DNA of 61,685 nucleotides. Origin: Candidatus Micrarchaeota archaeon (lineage in GTDB: Archaea > Micrarchaeota > Micrarchaeia > Anstonellales > Anstonellaceae). The notes beneath the pieces were generated by a model. That model was not told the origin of the DNA, searched no databases, and worked only from the letters and a program-made list of their open reading frames with translations. The stretch covers positions 1 to 61,685 of the forward strand of contig CAZYTZ010000002.1 in the NCBI GenBank assembly GCA_964650545.1, read 5' to 3'. Both the position numbers and the translations under genes were made by a program. Shown here one piece after another: positions 17,555-25,855 of this stretch (positions are counted from its first letter, which is position 1; each line of letters begins with the position of its first letter).

Positions 17555-17914
17555 CTATTTTCTCTTTTTTCCGCGCGAGGCAGATTTTTGCGCGAAGAAA
17601 TGAACAAGAGTGCAGGCTAGAAGATAAGATAGCAACAATATTGGAACGGTGATTGCCCAGCTATTCAATTCAACAAAGTAATATTGAAAGCCGTATGTGA
17701 AGGTCCAATAAAACATGCCGCTCCACATGCCAAACAGGTTTGCTTCAGAAAGATTGACTGCCCCACATCGCATCGATGGCACGGGTGGGATGCAAGTTGT
17801 GCCATGGAAAAAGAAAAAGAACACGCCAACTGGCAAGATTAAAACAAAAATTATTGCAGCTGCTAAGGCTTTTTGCCAACTCAACTTAAGGAACCCTTTC
17901 CAGTCAAATGCCAT
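17555..17914 (-). CDS. Hypothetical membrane protein
   Basis: Internal Met start MAFDWKGFLKLSWQKALAAAIIFVLILPVGVFFFF.... It has several TM helices and a basic tail. It starts 4 nt after the upstream small ORF. Confidence 0.55.
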   Translation of the reverse strand: MAFDWKGFLKLSWQKALAAAIIFVLILPVGVFFFFFHGTTCIPPVPSMRCGAVNLSEANLFGMWSGMFYWTFTYGFQYYFVELNSWAITVPILLLSYLLACTLVHFFAQKSASRGKKRK

Positions 17915-17918
17915 GCCT

Positions 17919-18098
17919 TTACCTCTTTTTTCCGCGCTTTTTCTTGGAAACCGCTTTTCTTGCCGCAAAAGCGGATTCCCTTTTGGCATCCATGGCGCCC
18001 AATTCTGGCTCGATGCCTTCCTCGTCTATCAAATCCCGGTTCATGCCCACTTGATCATCATTAGATGTCAACGGTTTTTTTCTTGATTTTGTTGCCAT
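17919..18098 (-). CDS. Hypothetical small basic protein (59 aa)
   Basis: MATKSRKKPLTSNDDQ...AVSKKKRGKKR. The longer 107-aa track ORF upstream of this Met overlaps the frameshifted gene at 18107-18587. Confidence 0.4.
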   Translation of the reverse strand: MATKSRKKPLTSNDDQVGMNRDLIDEEGIEPELGAMDAKRESAFAARKAVSKKKRGKKR

Positions 18099-18106
18099 AA
18101 TATCAC

Positions 18107-18587
18107 CTATATCTTCGCGAAGAGCACCACGTAGTTCTTCCCGTACGCCTTTGCGCACGCGGGGCAGGTTGTGTAGCTGAAATAGAGCTTCTTGAGCGCG
18201 AAACCCTTGGTTTTCACGTGCGCGTGCATATCCTTGGACCATTTGCCTGATTGGCTGTAGTCACCCTCATTACACGCGCGTGAGGAATGTGCCGCTCAAG
18301 GTGGCCATGCGCGCGCCTGGCACCTTCCTGTTCAATGCGATGTAGATGTCCGCGCCCCAAAGCGAGTTGCTGTCATAGAGCATGATGCTTTCCTTGTTCT
18401 TTGCGCCGGCTTTGCCCATGAGCGCCATGTTCTTGGTCATTGCTTTGTCCATGCCAAGCGGGATGTAAAAAATGCAGCGCAGCGTATCTTTCAGGAAAAG
18501 CTTGTTCTTCCATTTGATTGTTTTGTTTTGCCAGGGCGCGGGGTTGAAGCGCGGGCAGCAGCCGGTAACGAATTGTTTCTTTGCCAT
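18107..18587 (-). pseudogene. Frameshifted gene for a conserved Cys-containing protein of unknown function
   Basis: Frame A reads MAKKQFVTGCCPRFNPAPWQNK...ATLSGTFLTRV*. It continues after a 1-nt shift near 18270-18280 as NEGDYSQSGKWSKDMHAHVKTKGFALKKLYFSYTTCPACAKAYGKNYVVLFAKI*. Together these make one roughly 160-175-aa protein of a family seen in anaerobes. Confidence 0.6.
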
Positions 18588-18862
18588 GGAAAAATCCCCC
18601 AGGATTTTTTCAGCAGTTGAACCGCAGTTCAACTCCAATGGCAGGAATTCGCCTTTTGGATTTATAATTTTATTAGCCCGGAGGCTAGCCTTCGGGTGTG
18701 AAATAGGCTGTTGGATGGGGGCTTACGCCGGAGGCTTGATAGAAGGATAAAAGATTGTTAGTTTTGCTAGCAGACTATTTCTTATGCGCTTTTTTCCTGC
18801 CAAAAAGGCGCGCGGGCGCAAAGTGCTTGTTGTTTTGCGCGCTTGATGGAAATGTGCATTGA

Positions 18863-19993
18863 ATGCGAGGTAGTGTTATACATTGTTATAAAAAGAGTTC
18901 GGATGATAATTTAGCACAGTTCAAGCGGTGGAATAACGAATCGGCAGCAAGGTGTGGTATGTACAAGGCTAATATTGCCCCCATTTCCCGGAAAAAAATC
19001 ATCAGTTCAAATGAAGTGCCTCTTTTTTTGAAGAAGCGCGACAGGATCTGGAACCGGAACGGCGGTTTCCCAAGGACCACTTGTGGCGTGAAGCGCGAGG
19101 ACAGGCTGCCGGTAATTCGCAAGGTTTTTGTCGAGCATGCACGCGAGATTTCGGAGCTCATGCACCCGAACATACGCCTGGTGGGCGGGTTTGACGGCTG
19201 GCCTGACACATCCGGGTGGGAAATGGGCAGGGGCGAGCTGCTTGCTCCGAGCAAGGAGCTGGTTTTTCCCAAGAAGGGCGCGGACGTGCCTCCGCAGGCT
19301 TCGTTTGACATGAGCACCTTGCTTTTCATTGACCCTAGCCGCGAGCTTTTCACCGAGCTTGCAAAGCTCCAGAAGGCAATGTGGGGCAAGAAGGATGGAG
19401 ACCTGAAAAGCGTGGTTGATTACTTCAACATACTCTGCCAGCGCACCGGCCCCACCCCGATTTTCATCTATTTCAGGGACAGCGGCGAGGTGGAGTCGGC
19501 GGTTTTCCCGATACAGGTGAAAACAGAGGATGTGACGACGTGGGACGGCACCACATTCAACGGGACTTGGAAGAACGACACAATTCTTGGAGACCTTCTT
19601 TCCTGCCCCATGATATGCTCATACATGACAATCCGCGGGACAAGCGGGCCCCTCATTGCTGAGGGCGTGCGCCCGTATGCCATGATTGAGATATTCCTGA
19701 AGTTCATAGATGACTGCATTGCGTACTCAAGGCCGTGCAACTACGGGCCTGAAAACCAACACATTCCCATACACGAGCATCTGGTGAATGACCCCAACTA
19801 TTCAAAATTCCACGCCAGGAACCTTGCAAGGATGGTGTGCATTGTTGAAGGCGGCTCGAGCGAATATGACAAAAAAGCCGGCAGATACGGGTTCATCGCG
19901 GGCTACCTTGAACGGGTGCTGCCTGACGAGAAATTCCTGGAGCTTCTCAAGGGCATTGTGGCCACCGTCAAGAAACACCTGAATGGGCAGTGA
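18863..19993 (+). CDS. Hypothetical protein (ORFan)
   Basis: 376-aa ORF with protein-like composition. No motif recognised. The true start may be an internal Met. Confidence 0.55.
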   Translation: MRGSVIHCYKKSSDDNLAQFKRWNNESAARCGMYKANIAPISRKKIISSNEVPLFLKKRDRIWNRNGGFPRTTCGVKREDRLPVIRKVFVEHAREISELMHPNIRLVGGFDGWPDTSGWEMGRGELLAPSKELVFPKKGADVPPQASFDMSTLLFIDPSRELFTELAKLQKAMWGKKDGDLKSVVDYFNILCQRTGPTPIFIYFRDSGEVESAVFPIQVKTEDVTTWDGTTFNGTWKNDTILGDLLSCPMICSYMTIRGTSGPLIAEGVRPYAMIEIFLKFIDDCIAYSRPCNYGPENQHIPIHEHLVNDPNYSKFHARNLARMVCIVEGGSSEYDKKAGRYGFIAGYLERVLPDEKFLELLKGIVATVKKHLNGQ

Positions 19994-20046
19994 GCTGCTT
20001 TTGCCTTGCCCTGCCTTTTTTAAACTGTTGCAAATAGAGTAAGTGC

Positions 20047-20394
20047 ATGAAACATCAGAATGGATGTCCTCTAAATGGCAGCAGGCAGAGGTGGGCGCCG
20101 AGGCTCATGATGGCAGCGGTTAAGCGCGCGTTCATGAAAATCCATATCCGAGATTTTGCAGGCGAACATAAGTTTGGCGATCCTTATTTTGGCCCTGCAA
20201 GAAGGGAGAACGGCATTGAAATCCGCGGGTGCATAGATGAATGGGCTGTTTACCTTAGCTGCAGCAACAGGGGCTGCCCAAGCAACAACGGCGGGTTTGG
20301 CGGCAGGTGCCTGGAAGAGCCGGCAAGCGGCGTGCCAAAAGAGCTTTTGAGGAGGGCAGAGAAGGAAATCAGGAAGATGAAGAAGGCGGAATAG
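20047..20394 (+). CDS. Hypothetical small Cys-containing protein
   Basis: 115-aa ORF. The likely start is the internal MKIHIRDF. No motif recognised. Confidence 0.4.
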   Translation: MKHQNGCPLNGSRQRWAPRLMMAAVKRAFMKIHIRDFAGEHKFGDPYFGPARRENGIEIRGCIDEWAVYLSCSNRGCPSNNGGFGGRCLEEPASGVPKELLRRAEKEIRKMKKAE

Positions 20395-21076
20395 GCTGCC
20401 CAACTGGCGTTATCCTTATCATCACCGCCTTTGACATGTCCACTTCGTTTGGCAAGTCAAGCTTTGCCTCGACGTACCATGAGGGGATGTAGGGCGTGAG
20501 CCTGAGCGCCACGCCCAGATACCTGTTATCTTTTAGCGGGTCGTTTGCGCCGATGTAGTTTTTCACTTCGCCAGGGATGCTGATTAAGAACGGAATTGTC
20601 TCGCCTTTCCTGAATGTGCGCGCGCCTGAAAGAAGGGTTTCTTTTTTGCAAACATATCTGTTGTGCTTGCCTTGCCTTTGCAGGCCGTAGAAAATGATTT
20701 TGAGCGAGCGCGCCTGCTTGCTCATGTTGCGGTTGATAGTCACTGTACCGTTTATCTGCTCGCCAAACACGTATGAGAGCTTTTCAAGCTTCACAAGCAT
20801 GTTGCGGCCAATCAGCAGCCTGATGAGGCAATAGCCAAGGATGGCAAACGTCACGAAAAAAACAACGCAGGGCATCACAATGCCCTCGAGGAGAATTGCG
20901 GGGCTGCCGGTTGCGGAGAACACCAGCGTTGTAACCCCGAAAAGGCCGGCGAAAATGAGAAAAGAGGCAACGGCAAAGGCAAGCATGGCAAGAACAATGA
21001 TTATCTGAAAGGGCTCTGAGACCTTTTCGATAAACTCCGGCAGCCGGGCAGCATCCTGCTCGTCCATGCCGCCCAT
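20369..21076 (-). CDS. Membrane-anchored arrestin-N/Spo0M-like beta-sandwich protein
   Basis: 235 aa. The N-terminal part has roughly 3 TM helices. It is followed by LEKLSYVFGEQINGTVTINRN...RSLKIIFYGLQR ... SWYVEAKLDLPNEVDMSKAVMIRI, the arrestin/Spo0M-type pattern. Confidence 0.6.
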   Translation of the reverse strand: MGGMDEQDAARLPEFIEKVSEPFQIIIVLAMLAFAVASFLIFAGLFGVTTLVFSATGSPAILLEGIVMPCVVFFVTFAILGYCLIRLLIGRNMLVKLEKLSYVFGEQINGTVTINRNMSKQARSLKIIFYGLQRQGKHNRYVCKKETLLSGARTFRKGETIPFLISIPGEVKNYIGANDPLKDNRYLGVALRLTPYIPSWYVEAKLDLPNEVDMSKAVMIRITPVGQPIPPSSSS

Positions 21077-21174
21077 AATCAGATGGAAGCAATAAAAAGG
21101 TGCAGACAGCTTTTTTAGCTATTGGAAATTGCGCATGCAATTTACAACACAATAAAAAGGGGATATTTGGCGGC

Positions 21175-21726
21175 TCACCTGCCTTGCGGCGGGTAGACCA
21201 GGTATTCCTCTGCCCAGATCTCCTTATTCACCATGCCTGTCCGCGCAAGGTAGCTTTCAAGCCCGGGCAGCACAATTTCCACCGAGTCTCTTTTTCCGGC
21301 AAGCAGGAAGCAATCATGGCCGGAAAAATAGTAGTATGCTTTCTTCACTATGCCGCGGTTATAGTTTATCCCGTTTGCCCTATCCACCCCGGTTGCAAGC
21401 GCAAGGGAGCTTAGGTGGGGAGTTTGGTTCTTGTCAAGCAAGATGAATAATGACCATGATATGCTGCCGTTTGCATCCAGGTAGTCTGCAATGAAGCGCC
21501 GCTCGCTGTCGCATTTGGTCACGAACAGGGGCTTTACGTCGTTGATGAGAAGCGCCTGGTAAAAGCATGCCATCCTGCAGTTGAATTCCTCCATTTTCCT
21601 GTCTTTTGCCAAATTCCTGAAGAAGGGGGACACGAAGATGGGGCCTATTTTCCTATTTTGGCAATGCTCTGCAATGTTGGCAAGCCTGTTCTTGTCAGGA
21701 GCGTGAGAAAGAAGCGGCATCCCCAT
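21175..21726 (-). CDS. Hypothetical protein
   Basis: 183-aa ORF between the two arrestin-like paralogs. No motif recognised. Confidence 0.55.
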   Translation of the reverse strand: MGMPLLSHAPDKNRLANIAEHCQNRKIGPIFVSPFFRNLAKDRKMEEFNCRMACFYQALLINDVKPLFVTKCDSERRFIADYLDANGSISWSLFILLDKNQTPHLSSLALATGVDRANGINYNRGIVKKAYYYFSGHDCFLLAGKRDSVEIVLPGLESYLARTGMVNKEIWAEEYLVYPPQGR

Positions 21727-21780
21727 GATGCTATTATGTGGGGAAGTGAATAAAAATATAGTCTAGGCAGGGGTTGCCGG

Positions 21781-22188
21781 CTAGCGCCGCATGTAAACCG
21801 AGATGCGCGAGTTGATGTCGGTTGCCAGGGGAATGTCCAGCTGCGCGTGCACATACCAGTTCTTGGGCTTGGGCACGAACATGTCGTGTATTGCACCAAA
21901 AGTGCCTTGCGCCTCAGGGGGCTTTGCAAGCTCAGGCATGGTGAGCGAAAAATCAAAAGCCTCGCCGTCCTTGTATTCGCGCTCCCCGCCCAGCTTCTGC
22001 TCCACACGGTAAACACGCTCATACTTGTTGCCGCGCTCGATTTCGCCATAGAATTCGATTGTGAGGCTGCGCGCCAAAACTGCCTTTGGAAGGCGGAGCA
22101 CTGCCTTGCCGTGAAGTGTCTCGCGCGGCTCATAAGTGGTGGGACCGAGCGTGATTTCTATTTTGCCTTCGTCTGCCCCGAAAACCAT
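21781..22188 (-). CDS. Soluble arrestin-N/Spo0M-like beta-sandwich protein (paralog of 20369-21076)
   Basis: KIEITLGPTTYEPRETLHGKAVLRLPKAVLARSLTIEFYGEIER ... NWYVHAQLDIPLATDINSRISVYM parallels the other paralog. The start at the internal MVFG avoids overlap with the GT2 gene. The track ORF extends to 22284. Confidence 0.6.
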   Translation of the reverse strand: MVFGADEGKIEITLGPTTYEPRETLHGKAVLRLPKAVLARSLTIEFYGEIERGNKYERVYRVEQKLGGEREYKDGEAFDFSLTMPELAKPPEAQGTFGAIHDMFVPKPKNWYVHAQLDIPLATDINSRISVYMRR

Positions 22189-22237
22189 GGGAACACCGTT
22201 GGTAAAACTCGGATGAAGCTTATAACGCTTGCGAGCA

Positions 22238-22948
22238 TCATGCCCTGCTTGCCGTGCGCGCCATTTTTTGGCGCCTTTGCGCAATTATGACTGCCGCCCT
22301 GGATATGTCCCTGTTCTCGCGCATGAAAACCTCCGGCCTTCTCAAGTGCTTTTGCATGATAATGGGCTCGTGCCTGCCCTCAGGCATGAAAACCACGGAG
22401 TTTTTTCCATATAGCTGCGGAATCCACCAATTCAGGGTAACCTCAAGCCCAAAGCCCATGCATGCTTTGGCAAAATCCTTGTCAAGCAGCAATCGCAGCG
22501 CAGTGCCAACCTGTATTGCGCGTGCGCCTGACAGTTTCTGCCCGGTGTCGTGCTCGCCCTGGGAGAGGTAGCCTTCGTTCACAGGGTGCACTGCCATTTT
22601 CACCGCAGGGTTTGCCTTGAGCTCGCCAATCATTGCCATTATTTGTTGAGGGGTTGCCTGCGTGATGTCAGCGTCCATCATTGCCAGTATAGTGGCGCGT
22701 TTTTTGAGGCAATGCGCAAGCGCAGTGAGAAAGCACTCGCCCTTGCCATGCCTGCGAAAAAAAGAGTTTTTCACTATTGCGCCGCTCTTGCGCGCCACTT
22801 CCACAGTGTGGTCTTCCGAGCGGTCGTTCAGCAGGATGAAATCGTCCACAATGCCCAACCGCTTGCATTCGAGCGCAACCTCAAGGGACTTGCCAATGAT
22901 GAATTCCTCGTTGAAGGCAGGGATTATGAGCAGGATTTTTTCTTTCAT
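22238..22948 (-). CDS. Family 2 glycosyltransferase (GT-A fold)
   Basis: KILLIIPAFNEEFIIGKSL..., ILLNDRSEDHT..., MDADITQ (DxD). Confidence 0.8.
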   Translation of the reverse strand: MKEKILLIIPAFNEEFIIGKSLEVALECKRLGIVDDFILLNDRSEDHTVEVARKSGAIVKNSFFRRHGKGECFLTALAHCLKKRATILAMMDADITQATPQQIMAMIGELKANPAVKMAVHPVNEGYLSQGEHDTGQKLSGARAIQVGTALRLLLDKDFAKACMGFGLEVTLNWWIPQLYGKNSVVFMPEGRHEPIIMQKHLRRPEVFMRENRDISRAAVIIAQRRQKMARTASRA

Positions 22949-22960
22949 GCTGCGCCCCGC

Positions 22961-23494
22961 TTAGCAAAGCACGCCGTTTATGCCGCTTGCGATTATGTCT
23001 GCCATGTATTTCGGTGTGCGGTCGGTTGTCACTCCGCCGCACACGTGCTTGCCCAGCTCCACGTTTATGATGGGGTAGGACGAGCCGAGAAGCGCGGTGA
23101 TTTCCGGGAACTGGTCTGCGCCCACTTGTTGCATAGGCCCGATGGAGCTGCCCGGCAGCGAGAATTCGTATTCGCCCTTTATAGTCGCAATAGCCGCCTC
23201 TTTAAACACCACCGCCACATTCCGTTCGCCCGTGTAAGTCACCTGAAGATTCAGGTGGTTGATTATGCGAAAGTTCAAGAACAGGTCCACTTGTTTGCCT
23301 TTTGCACGCTTGCGCAGCACGTCCATGAATTTTTCGCCGGAAATCTTGCTTTCATTCAGGAGAGACAGGAAGGAAAATATATTGACCCTGCTTTCTTTGC
23401 CTTCGAAGTTCTTTTCCAGCTGTTTGACCACTGCGGCTGCCCGCTCGCAGCCTGGCGCGCCGCTTACAATCACTATTTTTTGATTTGCAGGCAT
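22961..23494 (-). CDS. Hypothetical protein
   Basis: 177-aa ORF with good coding composition. No motif recognised. Confidence 0.55.
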   Translation of the reverse strand: MPANQKIVIVSGAPGCERAAAVVKQLEKNFEGKESRVNIFSFLSLLNESKISGEKFMDVLRKRAKGKQVDLFLNFRIINHLNLQVTYTGERNVAVVFKEAAIATIKGEYEFSLPGSSIGPMQQVGADQFPEITALLGSSYPIINVELGKHVCGGVTTDRTPKYMADIIASGINGVLC

Positions 23495-23568
23495 TATCCC
23501 ACCCCTTGGTTGCAGATTGTTCTTTTTTGTGGGTAGTGTTTAAAAAAGTTGGCAGTAAGGATACGTCT

Positions 23569-24177
23569 ATGGACGTAATCCTTGGAGCCGCGGACTGCCG
23601 CGGCTGCGGACAATGTTCGTCTTCGAGCATTGTCCTTGCTTCTGCATCTCCGAGAAGGAAAAGGCTGATGGAGCGCCTTGTGAGGAGGTTTTCCGTTGCA
23701 CCTGCGCGCATTAACGAAAGGATGAAGCGCGGGGAGGGCTTTGCGGCTGCGTGCGTAAGGCTTGCCGAGGCAAAAGCGCAGTCTGTTGCGAAAAAACGCC
23801 CGCGCGCAATTGTCATAGGCGCTGACACGATTGCTTATCTTGGCAAGATGAACTGCAGGAAGACGGACAATGCGCGCTCTGCACGCGCCATTTTGCTTGC
23901 GCTGGCCGGCAGGACGCACTATGTGATAACAGGCGTGGCAGTTGTTTTCCCTGATGGCAAATGCGTGAAATATCTTGTGCGCGCGGCAGTGAGGATGAAA
24001 AAAATCACTCCGCGCATGCTGGAATGGTACATGAAGACGGGAGAGTGGAAAGGGCGCGCGGGAAGCTACGACGTGTCTGGCAAGGGAAAGAAGCTTGTGG
24101 CAAGCGTGAAGGGCGAGCGCGAGACAGTGGTGGGGCTGCCGCTGAGAAAGCTGAAGCTAATCCTGAAAAGAAAATAA
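23569..24177 (+). CDS. maf: Maf-like nucleoside triphosphate pyrophosphatase
   Basis: IVLASASPRRKRLM, GADTIAYL and GRAGSYDVSG motifs. I prefer the internal ATG at 23569. Confidence 0.85.
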   Translation: MDVILGAADCRGCGQCSSSSIVLASASPRRKRLMERLVRRFSVAPARINERMKRGEGFAAACVRLAEAKAQSVAKKRPRAIVIGADTIAYLGKMNCRKTDNARSARAILLALAGRTHYVITGVAVVFPDGKCVKYLVRAAVRMKKITPRMLEWYMKTGEWKGRAGSYDVSGKGKKLVASVKGERETVVGLPLRKLKLILKRK

Positions 24178-24189
24178 AGGAAAAAATAA

Positions 24190-24891
24190 TCAGCGCATCT
24201 TGGCACTCACCAGCGCATAGCGCTGGTCCACGAAGACAAAGCCTGATTTTGCAATCGCTTCCACTCGCGCAAAGAGCGCGTTGAGCGCCACGTACGAGAT
24301 TGAGATGCCGCTGGCGAATAGGAAGCGCTCGAATGCCACTACTGGTATGAGCGCGAGCCAGAAGGCTGCAGTGGAAGGGAACGCATAGAGCCAAATCACG
24401 CTGCCAATCGAGTGCGCGGTGAATGTGCTGCCTAATGAGCGCAGGAACAGGTGCGAGGGCAGTGCGAGCGCGATTGCGGGTATGAGCCAGTAAAGCGAGT
24501 AAATCCATGCCTGTGCACCTATTGGGTGCGCTATGAAGGCCGCCATGCACACAAGGGAGACTGCTGCGCCTGCGAACTTGCCTCGTGCATACTTTGCGAA
24601 GTAAATGGCTGCGAAAAGCATCGGGGTGAAGCGAAGGATGTTTATGGGGTTCAGCTCCTTGCCAAGCCAGAAGAACGACACCACCTCTGCAAGCAGCACG
24701 GAAAGCGCGCCAACGCCAGCGCCCAGGAAGCCTCCGGCGACAGGCCCTATGAACTGGAACAGGGTGAATGATTGGTTTGCAGCCGCGCCAAGTATTGATG
24801 AGAAGTTTATGCTGTCAGCTGCCAATACAAGCAGCGAGAACAGCATCACGAATGCAAGACCTTTGGCTGAGAGAACGTTTCCTATTTTCAT
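24190..24891 (-). CDS. Polytopic membrane protein (possibly an ECF-S/vitamin-transporter-like component)
   Basis: 233 aa, roughly 6 hydrophobic helices. The family assignment is not secure. Confidence 0.65.
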   Translation of the reverse strand: MKIGNVLSAKGLAFVMLFSLLVLAADSINFSSILGAAANQSFTLFQFIGPVAGGFLGAGVGALSVLLAEVVSFFWLGKELNPINILRFTPMLFAAIYFAKYARGKFAGAAVSLVCMAAFIAHPIGAQAWIYSLYWLIPAIALALPSHLFLRSLGSTFTAHSIGSVIWLYAFPSTAAFWLALIPVVAFERFLFASGISISYVALNALFARVEAIAKSGFVFVDQRYALVSAKMR

Positions 24892-24965
24892 TATTCCACC
24901 CCAAGCTAAACTGTCAGAAGACGATTAGGCTATTGGAATAAATGGATTTAAAACGGTTTGCCAGG

Positions 24966-25772
24966 TCACTGCACGCTGTCCTTCACAATCTTGTGTGTGG
25001 CAGCCATAAGCTCAGTAAATCGCTTTGCCAGTTCGTCCAGCGGGAATTCCATTCTCTTAAGCACGAACGCGCAGGGATGCATGTTCTGCGGGCCGTCCAG
25101 CCTGACAATATAGATTGTGCTCTTGCTGTGAGCATATAGCTCGAACTTTTTCCCGCCATTGTCAGGGTTTTTTGCCGATTCGCTTGAATGAGCCTCGTAG
25201 GCGTATTTGGCCGCTTGCTGCAGGAACTCGGCAACATCCATGTTCCTAAGCAGCCTGTTCAATTCTAAAACGCTGCAGTTCCTGTCTGAAACAAACAAGC
25301 CAACCTCAGATGGAAGGTTCGCGGTGTATTTTGCCTTGGCAGGCAATTCCATCCGGAACGCTGGGAAATCTATTTTTATGAGCTCGTGATCAGGCATGAT
25401 TCTCAGGTTGGCGATTGCCACTAGGTTGCCGTGCCTCTCAAAGCGCACAGGCACCGGCGGGTTGCCAGGGATGACAAACTCCATCTGGAACCTTCCCGTG
25501 CCGCCGACATTTTCTATGGCATTTGCCAGCTTGGTGTAAACGATGAAGCGCGCGGTGTCCACCAGTTCATGCTTTCCAAAATTCCCGTTGCGGTCGGGTT
25601 TGAGATGGGGTCTGAGCACCCATCTTATTGTCTTGGCAGTCCCTGGATGCGACTTTTCTAGGAGGTCAAGCTTCTGGAAATCCTCCCTCCTCAGCGGGTG
25701 CTGGGCAAAGAATTCATTCAGCACAATTTTCACGCGCTGGCAATGGGGGTTGTTGATAGTTCTGACTTTCAT
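24966..25772 (-). CDS. Hypothetical protein (ORFan)
   Basis: 268-aa ORF. No motif recognised. Confidence 0.55.
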   Translation of the reverse strand: MKVRTINNPHCQRVKIVLNEFFAQHPLRREDFQKLDLLEKSHPGTAKTIRWVLRPHLKPDRNGNFGKHELVDTARFIVYTKLANAIENVGGTGRFQMEFVIPGNPPVPVRFERHGNLVAIANLRIMPDHELIKIDFPAFRMELPAKAKYTANLPSEVGLFVSDRNCSVLELNRLLRNMDVAEFLQQAAKYAYEAHSSESAKNPDNGGKKFELYAHSKSTIYIVRLDGPQNMHPCAFVLKRMEFPLDELAKRFTELMAATHKIVKDSVQ

Positions 25773-25855
25773 ACCTTCACATGTGTATTTGGTTGCAAAA
25801 GGTATATAAACATATATTTTATTGAAAGACCACCTAAAGAAAAAGCCAGGCCCTC

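Noticed and set aside
22550-23536. 328-aa plus-strand ORF
   Set aside because: It is antisense to the well-supported GT2 gene and the 177-aa gene. Its composition is Arg/His/Ala/Cys-rich with no motifs, the typical shadow ORF of GC-rich coding DNA.
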